Below, one piece after another: positions 1 through 11,545 of a stretch of DNA of 64,000 nt. A model generated the notes under the pieces. That model had not been told where the DNA came from. It was given only the letters and a program-made list of their open reading frames with translations, and searched no databases. The translations under genes and the position numbers were made by a program. Source of the stretch: Takakia lepidozioides (lineage: Eukaryota; Plantae; Bryophyta); assembly GCA_030704615.1 (NCBI GenBank), contig CM060732.1, positions 43,214,001-43,278,000 of the forward strand. The letters are read 5' to 3'. Each line of letters opens with the position of its first letter. Position 1 is the first letter of the stretch.

Positions 1-3000
1 CATCCGGGATGTCGAGAATGACAATGTCGGCCGCATAAGTTTTCTGCACACCGCACACGAAGGTGGGACCTGTGCTCACCTGCAACAGACATGTTTTTTA
101 TAAGAACGATGGCAAGAATGTTTTCAAAGAACGAGACTGAAATACTGCCAACGAAACATTCAGAGAAAAAGGAAAGAAAGTGGAATTCTCACCAGATTGA
201 GGAATGAGATTATATTGTCCCAGGTAGGGGATGGCACCCCAGTGTATCCTCTCTTTCGACTCTGCATCATCGAAAGCCAACCCTCATTAACAATTTTCAT
301 CTCTCCTGCTGAATCAGAACGGGAAGGGTGTGGCTTGGCATCGAACACGCACTGAAGAGTGCGGGTATATCTTCCAGCACTAAAGTCCTGCCCACTCTCC
401 ATCTCCTTTTCATTCTCCTTCCCCTTGTCCTTTTCCTTCTCTTTGGACTTGTCTTTGTCCTTTGGCTTTGCTGGTGAGATGGCTATGACATCAACAGCCT
501 TGTCTTTTGGTTTGCGGCCCGCCTTCTTTCCCTTCTGCGGCGTTCCCTGAGCATCAGGCTCCTTGGCAGCCAAGGTTGCTATGTTTCGTTGATACTCTTC
601 GTCAGTCAAAGGCGCCAGCATCTCAGCGTTATTGTTCAAGTATTTCATATGCTGTTCTTGAAAGGTCGTGTGCTCAGGTGGGCAGTCAAGGTACCACCCA
701 CAGTCTCTGAAGTGAGAAGGACTCCAGTCCTTCAATATCCCTGCAGTATACATGGTTGGATCGTTTGCAGGGTCCGACCACATGTCAAGATAGTCGGGAA
801 TTCCGCTCAGGTGATTTCCTTCCATAAGCACATATTTCGTGTACCTGAAAAAAGGAGATGAATCCCAACCCACAAAAGCGCTCAGTGAGTAAGATGCAAG
901 TAGAACAGAAAGAATAAAACATGGATTGAAATGGCTCTGACAACTGCTCCAAGGACCTTTCAGGACCACACTACTGCTCCAGATATGAATGTCGTCAACG
1001 CCATTCAGAACATTCCATTCCATGACACTGTAAATACATCCTAATCCAGGTGAATGCAAATAAGCGATTAGAAATGACACAGACATAGAAGTGAATGTCG
1101 TCAACGACATTCAAGAATGAAGCCAAATTATTACTGAAATGAAGCAAAATCACAGGATGGAAATAAAAAATTGAGTAAGGAACCATCCAGGAAAACTCAA
1201 TGCACATTCATAACGAACCTATCACTGAGGACCTCACAACATCACTGTATGTGAATGGCGTCAACGCCATTCACAAAAATACAAAAAAGAAACCAATTAC
1301 TTAGCTCCCCAATCCATGAAAATTGAATTTGTCGTTTTTGAATAATACAGACACAGCTGTGAATGTCGTCAACGACATTCACTTTGGATTTCTTAAAACA
1401 GAGCTTATCAAGCCTCCATATTCATCGCAAGAGGAAAAAACAATGCAGAACAACTGAATGTCTGCATTGACATTCAGCAAAATGAAGTGATCAACCCTCA
1501 TTGTAACCTCTATGGACATTACAAAAATTTAAATAACCTTGAGGACCACACAACAACTCCGTATGTGAATGTCGTCAACGCCATTCAAGGACATTATCAA
1601 TTCTAATCAGGGACAATATAATTGCACCCTTAGATCCTAACCAGGTGAATTCATATACTCGCTTAAGAATGACTCAGACAAAGAAGTGAATGTCGTCAAC
1701 GACATTCAATCTGGATCTAAGATTGCAATCCATATGAAGCCACAATTTTTCCCAAAAAAACAGTAGAGTTTCAAGTATGACATTTCACCTGTACACAACT
1801 CGCATCATGGCCCACTCTCCTCCAACCTGACTGTCAAAGTCGTTGGACCGTAAAATGTTACCATCTTTGGAGAACTCCCGGAAAAAACAGTATCTCCAGG
1901 TGAGACCTCTCCACTTCCTTATGTATGCCTCCAATGACATTTGGGGAGGGGAAACAATCGCAATGTTCAGGTCCTTCAAAGTCTGATCCAGCACAATGAC
2001 GGCGCGCTTTTCGAGCTGCAAATAGTATATTTGTCAGAATTGCAAAAAAGAAACACATCACATACTTGAAGAGAAGAAACAGCATGTTCGAATACACACC
2101 TGACTCCAAAATGTAGCCTTGTGGAGCCAGTTATCAAACACCAAATCACTGATTCCTTCCACCTTTGTGCCAGGCTGTATGGTGCTCTTTGGGAACTGAT
2201 TCAAGTCCTTTACTGTTTGATCTGAGTTCCATATCTCCAGCCACCTTATTTTTGTTTGTGGGTCGACCATCGATATGGCCAGCCGGTGCAATTTCTCCTG
2301 CTGCATCTCCGGATGCACATGCTTGTCATAGTGTGTTTTGATCTGCTGAAGGAACTCAGGACCAAGTCCAGGATCTACTATTCTAAGCTGCTTTCCGAAG
2401 GCTGACATCAATTTGGTTCTTCGCATCTCAAACTCCTTCTTTATTGCAGCTTCCACACCCTTTGATGTCCTTAGTTCCTCTGGTGTAGTGCGGTAATATT
2501 CGGATTTTCCCTTCTCAGCTGCCTCTGCCAGTTCTTGCTGCATTCATTCAAGTAGTGATTAGCTCCGAAGGGACTCTAAACATGTATTCGAAAAGTAAAC
2601 AGATTACAGACTCGGGCTTACCGCATACATGTACTCCAGAAACGCCTCTCGTGTCAAAGAATACCAAGTGCCTGCAGCTCTTCCTGTTTCGCACTTCTTG
2701 ATGATATTGGGTGGTAGTACTGTCCGAAAATCATCCAGCTTCATCAGACCAATCCTCTGAATTCGGAATAGTGTGTGAACCAAGCTTGTTGTCACATGCG
2801 ATTTCTCTGTCGATCTGCAAAAACATTGAAAACATTGCATTCCTTAACACTGTTTTTTGAGGATCAACAAGACACTACAGAGGGAATCAAATCTCCTGGA
2901 TGACTTACTTGTTCACGTCGTGCATAGCTGTAAGAAGCCTAGCGATGTCGTTTCCTGGATCCAAAACCATTGCCTCCACAGCAACATGCTTGTCTTTGTC

Positions 3001-4364
3001 TTTCGAATGGTGTTTCTGAATGTATCCCATCCATGCCAGCAATCGGTGGTTGCCGTCCCAGACGTAGAACATGTGGTTGCAAAATTGCTGGGTGTTCTTT
3101 CCCATCATGAGGCCCAGCTCGAACTCCTCATTGGCATCTTTCCAGCACTCATCCCAGTTATCACTGATCTCTGGAGAAACTAATGTGCTTTTCCCATTTA
3201 TATCCGTCAGTGACACATAAAAAACTTGTGCACCAAGTCTATATCCATGCACAAAATCACTCTCCAATTTTGTTATGTCATGGGAAAGAGGTGGACGCAC
3301 AACAGGCATTGATATCATCCGGCACAGAGGTATGTCCAGACGCCCTCCAGATACGAGCATGTCCCTTATAACCTCCTGAGAGTTTACCTTCTGGAATGAC
3401 ATGAGTTCTTTCACCTTGTCAAGGTAGTGCACTTCGGATTCATCTGCTTCATCTGTATTCTCTGAGCTTTTTGCGGACTCGTCCCCATCTCCAGATCCTT
3501 TCCCCTCTGATCCTGTAGGCTTCGACCTCACAGTTTTCTGCACGATGCCATTCAGTTCTGACTAAGTGATTTGCAAATAGTGAATGGCGGTAACGACAAT
3601 CACTCTGTATCAAGGAAACTCACCATGAATGGTGTGAAAGAATTCAGCACAATCTACACATGCAAAGCCGAGACTGCCGTATTCAAAACAAAAGTGAGAG
3701 CGATAGCGAACGGCGTTAACGACAATCACAAAAGATAACAACCTGCCGGATCGGTGTTGTGTAATGACATATATGTGCAACTGATTGGCGGCAACGACAT
3801 TCAGTGTAGTTTAGGGAGAATAGTAAGTGCAGACTCTCTCTTCAAACACATAGGTACATAAATCTCATGAGCAGAATCGAATGGCGTTAACGACGCTCGC
3901 GATTCAGTAGTTCCTGCTAAAGAATGGAAGAGGAAGGACTCCTTGAAAGGCAATCACACAGACTATATGATAAAACTTACTGGCACCTTCTTAGGTTTTG
4001 AAATTTGATCCCCTTCTGCAGCTTTCCTCTTCCCTCTCACATCTGCTGGAGTTTCTGTCTGCGCAAGGGTTTCTTGACCTTCTTCAGGTTCGGCGTTCCG
4101 CGTGCTTCCACCTTCTTCAGTGTCCCTGCGATTCATCTCTGCCTCCACAGGCTGGCGCACTCTTATCGCCGACTGTGTCGCAGCCGCTGCCTCAGTCTCC
4201 GTCTGCTCTTGTGAATCAGTCTCCGCGTTCACCTGCTGCCTTGGCCCTGTGTTCTCCAACAAACGACGCCTCGTCATTTTCTCTCTTGCTCTGCGTCTCT
4301 CTCTAAGGGAAGTAAAATAAAGAGACTTTCTTCTCTTTCGTATTCTAGAAGGAACCCTCTCCAG
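1..4364 (-). CDS. Spliced ParB/Srx-like + amino-DNA-methyltransferase fusion gene (3' part outside window)
   Basis: Phase-compatible GT-AG exons without stops: ~4364 (first ATG 4277)-3981, 3561-2909, 2814-2622, 2537-2100, 2015-1789, 844-193, 79-<1. Exon 2 has FYVWDGNHRLLAW (ParB/Srx-like). Exons 6-7 give MKIVNEGWLSMM...ADIVILDIPD, matching the context of beta-class MTase motif IV (vDliitDPPY). Confidence 0.75.
986..1708. repeat. Seven dispersed 22-bp palindromes (TGAATGTCG-TCAA-CGACATTCA consensus) in intron 5 of the cargo gene
   Basis: Copies start at 986, 1092, 1252, 1360, 1455 (degenerate), 1566 and 1687; spacing 95-160 bp. Confidence 0.9.
3581..3899. repeat. Degenerate copies of the same palindrome in intron 1 of the cargo gene
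   Basis: TGAATGGCGGTAACGACAATCA (3581), CGAACGGCGTTAACGACAATCA (3707), TGATTGGCGGCAACGACATTCA (3782), CGAATGGCGTTAACGACGCTCG (3878). Confidence 0.75.
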
Positions 4365-5131
4365 CTTGACTACCACTCTCCCTCTAAGCGCGAAAAGTAG
4401 AAAAACGCAGTGACTCCCGATTTCTTGCGGGATTGCCTGTGTTCTTGCGTGTCTCTAGAAGCATCGGATTCCCTCCCGCGTGACCGTTACACATAGTCGT
4501 TTCGTTATTAGTGCACATGCCAGCAATTGGTGTACAGCTGTTCGTATTCAGTTATGGATGTCTGACGTGTGCCGCCCAAAACAAAACGGCGTGTTCTAAA
4601 TTATAACTGGTTCAATATTTAAAAAGAACAGCGAATCCCAGAAATTGATGCGCAGTCTTAAACAAATAAATATAAATGAACGAGAGTTTGATGACAAATT
4701 TTGGAATATCATACACGGTCATCCTTGTTATCCAAACCCACATTCGTTGCACATTTGGAACTTTCCAGGTGCGCATGATCATTGGTAGTAGTATATAGAT
4801 ACATTTACTTAATCTGCAATCCCATTCTCGGATCCTGTGGCATGCTTCCAGGAAGTCGGCTTTGTTATTGGGTTTATTGATGAGGTTCTGATTAACGGTT
4901 TAACAGTTGCCGACACTGCCCCTATGGATTCTCTGACCACTGGGCCCACAAGAAAAGTAATTAAAATGGACGGCTGCATATCTGGAATGAATAACAGAAT
5001 ATGCACAGTCGTTATCTGAGCTTCCTCCGCCATATGCTCTGCTCATTCTTCAACTGTGTTCTGGAGACAGCAGTAAACCGATTTACACTAGATCTGCGAT
5101 AGCAAGGTACAAACATACTCGAGGAAGGAAG

Positions 5132-8100
5132 ATGGCTTCCTCTGAAGCGGAGTTCTTCTCAGACGACAAACCAGTGCCGTTCTCCCAGGAAGTCCTTGAC
5201 AATGGATTTGCAATTGTTCTGGAACATGTCTTGGCTACCCGTTTTCAGCTGCAGAATGGCTCCATCTTTTTGGAGAAAGAGGTTTACGATCTGAAAGGGA
5301 AGTTGGTGAAATATTCTTTCCAAAACCGTGATGAGACGGCTCATATCAGCCAGTGGAGAGTGCGTCCTGGTCGATACAGAGTACTTGGAGAGCCTCGGCG
5401 AAAGTCCCTTGGGTCATATGTGACGCCCGGGACTGCTGCTTCGGTCGTTGAAGACAAGAGGGAGGTGGTGGTGAAAAAAGAACAGACTTCCTCCACTCCA
5501 ATCGTTGAGCTTTCGGATTCTTCCGATGATGACATAAGTGAAATTCCAAATCCAGTCCTTCCTACTGTGGTTGCAGAAGCTGATGAAGAAGAGATTTGTA
5601 GTGTCATTCCAAAATTGCGGGCGATGGGAGGAATGGCTGGATTCAAAAGTGAGTTGCGGGGAATTGATTGGGAATCTTTGAAGCAGGTGCCTGTGAAGTT
5701 CTTGCCGGAGACTTTTGATGGCGATATCCTATTCGAGCTGCCTCCTCCTCCGCGAGTTGGAGGTGTAACAATCATGATGCATGGAATGGACAAGAAACAC
5801 GACGGGCACCCGTGGTGCAGAACAAAAACATCCAATATTCAGAATGATGACAAGCTTGTTTTCAGGAGGACAGTTTGCAATGGACACCTTAGGTGTGATA
5901 ATTTGAATTGCAGACACTTTCTTCAGTCTGGAGTTCATAATCAAAGCGAATGGGAGGGTCTGGCGGAGAATCCATTTCAGCCTGGGACTGCCCCTCCACC
6001 GGCAAACACTTTCGTCTGCAAATTCTGCAAACTTGTGCCATCCTGCTTGGCGCTCTGCGGAGCAAGAATGTACTATGTTGTCCACCGTTTGAATACAATG
6101 ACGAGAGCTTGTGTGCATTTTGGATTCCATAACCATCCTGTCTCGAAGGGGGATTACAGGGAGAGTGTTGAGACAGTATCGAGGTTGATCAAACAGGAGT
6201 TCGGGAGAAACCCATCCGCAACAACATCTGCAATTGCTCTTGGCGCAAGCAAGTCCTTCTTGGAAAGCCATATTTTGAGTGAAGGAGATTATGTGGGGAC
6301 TAAACTTGACGGTGCAGCATTGGACCTGGTCATGGATCATTTCTCCACTTTAAGTTCACCTAACATTCGGCATCAGATCAATGCATTGAGAATGGGCTCT
6401 GGGATCAGAGGCTACATAGACAATATTTTGGAATTGAAACGAGTGAGCAAGTACGATTACATCCAGGACAATGTATTCCCAGGTCAAGGTGCCATCAAAG
6501 TTTTTTTTTCAAAATGTCGACTGTTGGGGAGGGCAGTGGGGTTAGCCTCGTGAAGCGGATGCAAAGACTGGGGACTTGCAGAACTGTTTTCTTATGTTTG
6601 ATCATGTGAAACGAGTGAAGGATTGGACGACAATGGCTTGTCATGTCTACGATCCAGTGTACCAACGAGTTATGACAATTGCAGTTTGTGACATGCAATC
6701 CGAGGATACGGAATCCCAGAAGCTCATGTGGAATTCCCTGATACGTGTCATGGGCTGCCATCTCCAAATTTCGCAGGTTTCATGGCGGATAGTGCTCAAG
6801 CAAATTTCAATGCTATTCGTATTGTCTTCGGATCGGGCGACCCAAAAGTGCCTATGCCAGGAAGAGAGCGTACATGTCTATTCCATTGGACACAATCTCT
6901 GGAAAAACATACAAAGTCGGACATCAAACCAGAGATGCAGACTCAGCACCGTAAATTGTGCAAAGAGTACAAAGATGCTAGAACAATGAAGGAGGCGGAC
7001 ACTTTGTTCCAGACAATTCGTGCCTGGTGGTTCTCTTCTGGAGCTGCATCACTTGAGAGTATGAGAGCATTGGAAGATTGGCTGGCGTTTTGGCACTTCG
7101 GTATAGACAGTGGGGAGCAGCCATGACAATGGTACGAGGCTTCTATTTCATGCTTTATTCATACATTTGCTTTCCATATTTTTGACTCATTGCTTTCTTT
7201 ATGTTGTTTCCTGTGCACTATTCTGAAGTGTGGTTATCCTCTTTGCAGAACATGTCCATTGAGGAAATGGCAGACATGCCATCTTGCAATTTGGCAGAAA
7301 CTGTGCACAATGCATGGTTGCAGCAGTCTGGGAAACGAGGTCGGGATTTGTATGTGGCAACAACAGATGATTTGATACGTGCCTTGCAACAACAAACCCG
7401 ATACCGTGATTTCTTACGAGGTGGGGTTGGTGGCAAGGGTCCGGACAAATCGGAGTTGATGTTGCGTGCTGCAAACAGATCTGGGGATCCAATCAAGATA
7501 GCACGGGCGGTGAGCATGTATGCCCAGGGAACGCCACTTGTTTCTAGAGTTCCACATCTTGAAGGGGAGGAGAGATTCGGCTCCTGTAAGAGGAAATTGA
7601 ACACTCCACCTGGTTCGGATTCAGATTCCCACAGGGCAGACCGTGATAACTTCTCGAAGCCTCGTGTTCCCCTGCATGACAGCTCCGTGTCCGGAACCTC
7701 CATTGTGGAGGAACCTCCAACACGACGGCAAGCTCCAGCATCAAACCGTGCCACTGAAATGGTGCAGGAGAGAAACAACCCCCTTGATGTGCTTGAGTCC
7801 GCATGCCCGACCACGTTTGGCACATAGAACGCACAAGTGTCGGGTCTCGTGTGAAATGTACAGCGATCAGGGCAACTAATTTCGAGAAGTGCACTTCATC
7901 TATATCCAGAGGTGGTGCCCGAACTCCTGCTCCGACTTTCACGGGCTTGATGCGTCCATACGGTCAACCAGAAGCCAAGAACCACAAGTTCTGGTTCTGC
8001 GCAGATGATTGTGCCAGATGTGTGCATGGAACTGTGCGTCCTTCCGTAGTGATGAAGCCATCTCCTCCAACCGTTTGGCCCGTGAAGGTGGGAACACATC

Positions 8101-8632
8101 TCAGCTTTCAGGAGATTGAAATGCTGGAGGAGGCAGGTTTTTCCCTTGCGAGACAACCCCAACTCCATGCATGTGCTACTACTCCTGCGTCCTCCCGGGT
8201 CCCCCGGCAAATCCTGACTTGTGGCCAACCAAACGAGATGGAAAGCTCGTTCGGCGTTTCCCTCCAACCGCTGAACACTTTGGCAAAGTGGAGTCCGCAA
8301 GAATGCTCCAAGCTCGTGTCGGAAGCACCACGGAAGTACCCGATCCAGGATATGGTCGGGTATTCACAATCATCACTTCCACATCTGCTGTTCATGACAG
8401 GACCTACGACATCACGGTTTCCAATTTCCCCAATTGCACATGTCCTGATTTTGTGAATATGCTATCAACCAGTTTGGGCAAGAGAGGTAAATTCATACCC
8501 TGCAAACATTTGTATTTCATATTTTTGAGGAGGATGGTTTGCGATCCCAAACGTGACAACTTCATTCACCAGGCCACTATGAGTTTCAACGAGGTCGATA
8601 CTCTTTTGCAGCGGGATACAACACATGGGTAG
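5132..8632 (+). pseudogene. Mutator-like transposase (GCM/WRKY-like Zn domain, DDE core with CxxH, C-terminal SWIM), broken by several small indels
   Basis: DGHPW..C.G...C....C..C..HNHP; LMFDH; FMADSAQANFNAIR; CLFHW; SCNLAETVHN; SWIM CTCPDF..PCKHLY. Intron ~7132-7248. Frame changes near 6500, 6570, 6760, 7100, 7815 and 8160 could be real or assembly indels. Confidence 0.8.
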
Positions 8633-9038
8633 CATGAACTATGTAATGTGGTATGTGGATGACCATGATTTGAAATGTGTAATTCACATCAATTCGTCGG
8701 CTGTGCAATGATATGGCCTCCAACTATACGGAGTGAGGTCTGAGTGACAACTTTTAGGTAGTGCACATTTGTCATTGCACCGTTCGAAGTCTACATGTCT
8801 TGCTGTCGCTATGCACTACAATCATCTTTTGAAGATGATCATAACTCTCATTGTTATTTGAGGAGGGAGGAAGTCTTCTCGTGGCAGCCTTTATGGCGCA
8901 CACTTTGTGAGGATATTTTGTCGTCTTCGTAATTGTAAAAGTGAAACAAACATTTGTAATTGCACAATGTTGGATGCTGCAATTGTAGGCCTCAACGCTC
9001 GTCTTGATTCTATTTAGGCAAGATTCCCTGCATTAATT

Positions 9039-9284
9039 CCACGGTCATAGGACCATCCACGGTTATAGGCGGCGCATGTTAATGCTGACGTGGCAGTTGA
9101 CGGACAGTGCCACGTCATCATTTACCGCCACATCAGCATGCTGACATGACGCTCACGCCACGTCAGCATGTGTGCAGGCTCACGCCACGTCAGCTGGCGT
9201 GAGCGTACGCTCACGCCACGTCACTCCTGCGTGAGCGTACGCTCGCGCGCTCACGTGCAACGCTCACGCCATTGCGTCGTTGGT
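9039..9284. repeat. Terminal/subterminal repeat cluster of element 1 (GCTCACGC, GCCACGTCA, CCACGGTNATAGG)
   Basis: Multiple direct and inverted GCTCACGCC/GCGTGAGC and GCCACGTCA copies; related motifs occur at both ends of element 2. Confidence 0.8.
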
Positions 9285-9289
9285 ATCTG

Positions 9290-11545
9290 ATTGGCCACTG
9301 CCAATCTACCCATTCATCTGCACTTCCCTGCACCTCATACAATAAACTGCATCAGGTAATTGGTCGTCTACTTCCTGTGGCGGGGCTCTCCTGTTTTAGC
9401 GTGACAAATGATCTGTCCCAAGATGCAAATGGCCAAGCTTGAAACCTTCGAACTCAAACTCGTGCAAGATTATTAACCACCTTGCTATCCTTCCCTTATC
9501 AAAGGTTTTTTCACCAGATATATCAGAGCCTGGTGATCCACATAAAACATAACTTTCTTCCCAATAGGTAATGCCTGAATTTCTTGACTACATAATCCAT
9601 TGTCAGTGCTTCTCTTTCAGTTGTGCTATAGTTCCTTTTCACACTGTTCATCAACCTGCTAGCATAGTACACAGGTGAATCTATATTTCCTGTACATTTT
9701 GGGCTAACACCGCTCCCAACGCTTCTCCTGAGGCATCACAGTGAACATGAAATACTACATGCCAGTAAGGGTTAATCAGCACAGGTGTAGTTGCTACTGA
9801 CAATGTAAGTTCCTCAAAAGCCTGTTGACATTCAGCTGTCCATGCACACACTGCATCTTTCTTTAGAAGCTTGCTCAACGGTGCTGCTATCTGTGCATAT
9901 CGTCTGACAAATCTTCCTGTAATAACTGGTTTGTCCAAGAATCTCCTTAGACTCTTAACTTTACTGGTGGTGGAGAGGCTTTAATGGCCTCTGTTCTTTA
10001 TGGGATCCACAGAAGTCCCCTCTTACACACAATGTGTCCCAGCATCCCTGAGTTTCACACAGAAAGTACACTTCTCTGGATTCAGGCCCAGACCTCTCCT
10101 GCATCTGGCCAACATAACTCCAATTTATGCAAGTGCTCATTCTTAGAGTTGTACACACTGAAATCATCCAAGAACACTTGCATGAAATCATCCAAATACT
10201 CATGAAAAGATTCGTTTATCACTCTGTTAAAGTTGCTGGTGCTTACAAAGTCCAAAGGCATGACTTTGTATGCAAAACACCCAGTCTGTGATGACAGCTG
10301 TCTTTTCCCTAGCTTCTTCTGCCACTTGCACTTGATTAACCCACTGAAGCCATCCATGAATGAGTACATCTCATGGCCTGCCACAGTGTCCAATACCGCT
10401 TCTGTGAATGGCAAAGGGAAAGGATATTTTTCGTACAAGCATTCACTTCTTATAGTTCACACAAACTCTCAGTTTACCATTCTTCTTGGGAACTATCACA
10501 ATGGGTGACACCAAGTTGTATACTCTATCGGGTATATAAACTTCCCTCAACCAACTTCTTGATCTCTTCTCCAACCTTCTGTGCATAGTTGGGATTCATT
10601 CTGTACCTTGCCTGTTTGATTGGTACTGACCCTGGTTCCAGTTCAATCTTATGCTGACAGATCTCAGGTGGTATCCCTTTTGATCCTCGTAGCTCCAAGC
10701 AAATATCTCTGTATTTGATGAACAACTCTTAGCTTCCTCAAGAATTCTGGCTCCAAATCAGCCCCTACCTTCACCATCCTCAATTCCTCTTCAGTTCCCA
10801 CATTTACTTCTCTCACCTGCTCATCAGTTGTGATTGTCCACCAGTCACACAAACTTCATCCACTTCATCCTGTAACTCACAATGGCGGTTCCTCTAGGAT
10901 TCCATTTCTCCTTCTCTTTCTTCATAGAAATGTGGTGGGTAACTGCTTGTTTCACCTCAATTGGTGTTGCTGTCACTACACCACAACAGATACCTTTTAA
11001 ACAACTTAGGCCTTCCAGCTGCATCTCTAACACCTGCCCCACTCTGGGTGTGCAGCGAACAGGGGGCTTCTTGCTCCTCATCAAGTCCTCCCCTCCAGTC
11101 ATACTCCCTGACCCCTCGGTCTTCTCGTAGCAGGTAATCTACTAGATTTCTTAGTGGTAATTTGTATCTTGTGCATCCCATCATGCACTGTTAGTAACTG
11201 GGAATTCCCAGTCATTAATACCCTGGCATGCTTCAGCCACGGACGTCCCAACAATAAGGAGTAAGCTTCCATGACTTCATCTATTTTCAACACAGTTACT
11301 GTGATCATAAAGATCATTTTTTGAATCTGTATCTTAACTCCTCTTATCAATCCCAATGGCTGTACACTTCTTTGATTTGCCATTGTTACTGTAAATGGGG
11401 CTGGTTTCATGTTACTTAGACCAAGCTTCTGCCTTAATTGGTCTGTCATGATATTCACTCCAGAGCCTCCATCTATCAGTACATCAGTTAGTTCTGTGCT
11501 TCCAATTCTCAGTTGGATTACTGGCATAGAATCATCAAAGTCCAA
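9290..11545 (-). pseudogene. Gypsy pol (protease, reverse transcriptase, RNase H), frameshifted
   Basis: ORF fragments 11099-11545 (aspartic protease), 10525-10852, 10082-10438 (RT), 9681-9938 (RT/RNase H linker and RNase H). Confidence 0.9.

Larger units (their letters stand above)
1..9284. mobile_element. MULE-like DNA transposon copy 1 (transposase + divergent ParB/DNA-methyltransferase cargo gene); left end outside window
   Basis: Same gene pair and relative orientation as the element at 21167-32027. Right end GCTCACGCCATTGCGTCGTTGG resembles the reverse complement of the copy-2 left end (GCTCACGCCGTAGCTACGCTGTG). Gypsy RNase H sequence starts right after ~9284; exact end uncertain by a few bases. 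Confidence 0.8.

Noticed and set aside
1-4364. Bacterial or phage contamination explaining the ParB/MTase
   Set aside because: The gene has six canonical spliceosomal introns and is embedded in plant transposons; copy 2 has a TSD inside a plant CACTA.
5341-7942. Long antisense ORFs over the transposase (also 22008-24506)
   Set aside because: Shadow frames of the coding strand with no recognisable motifs.
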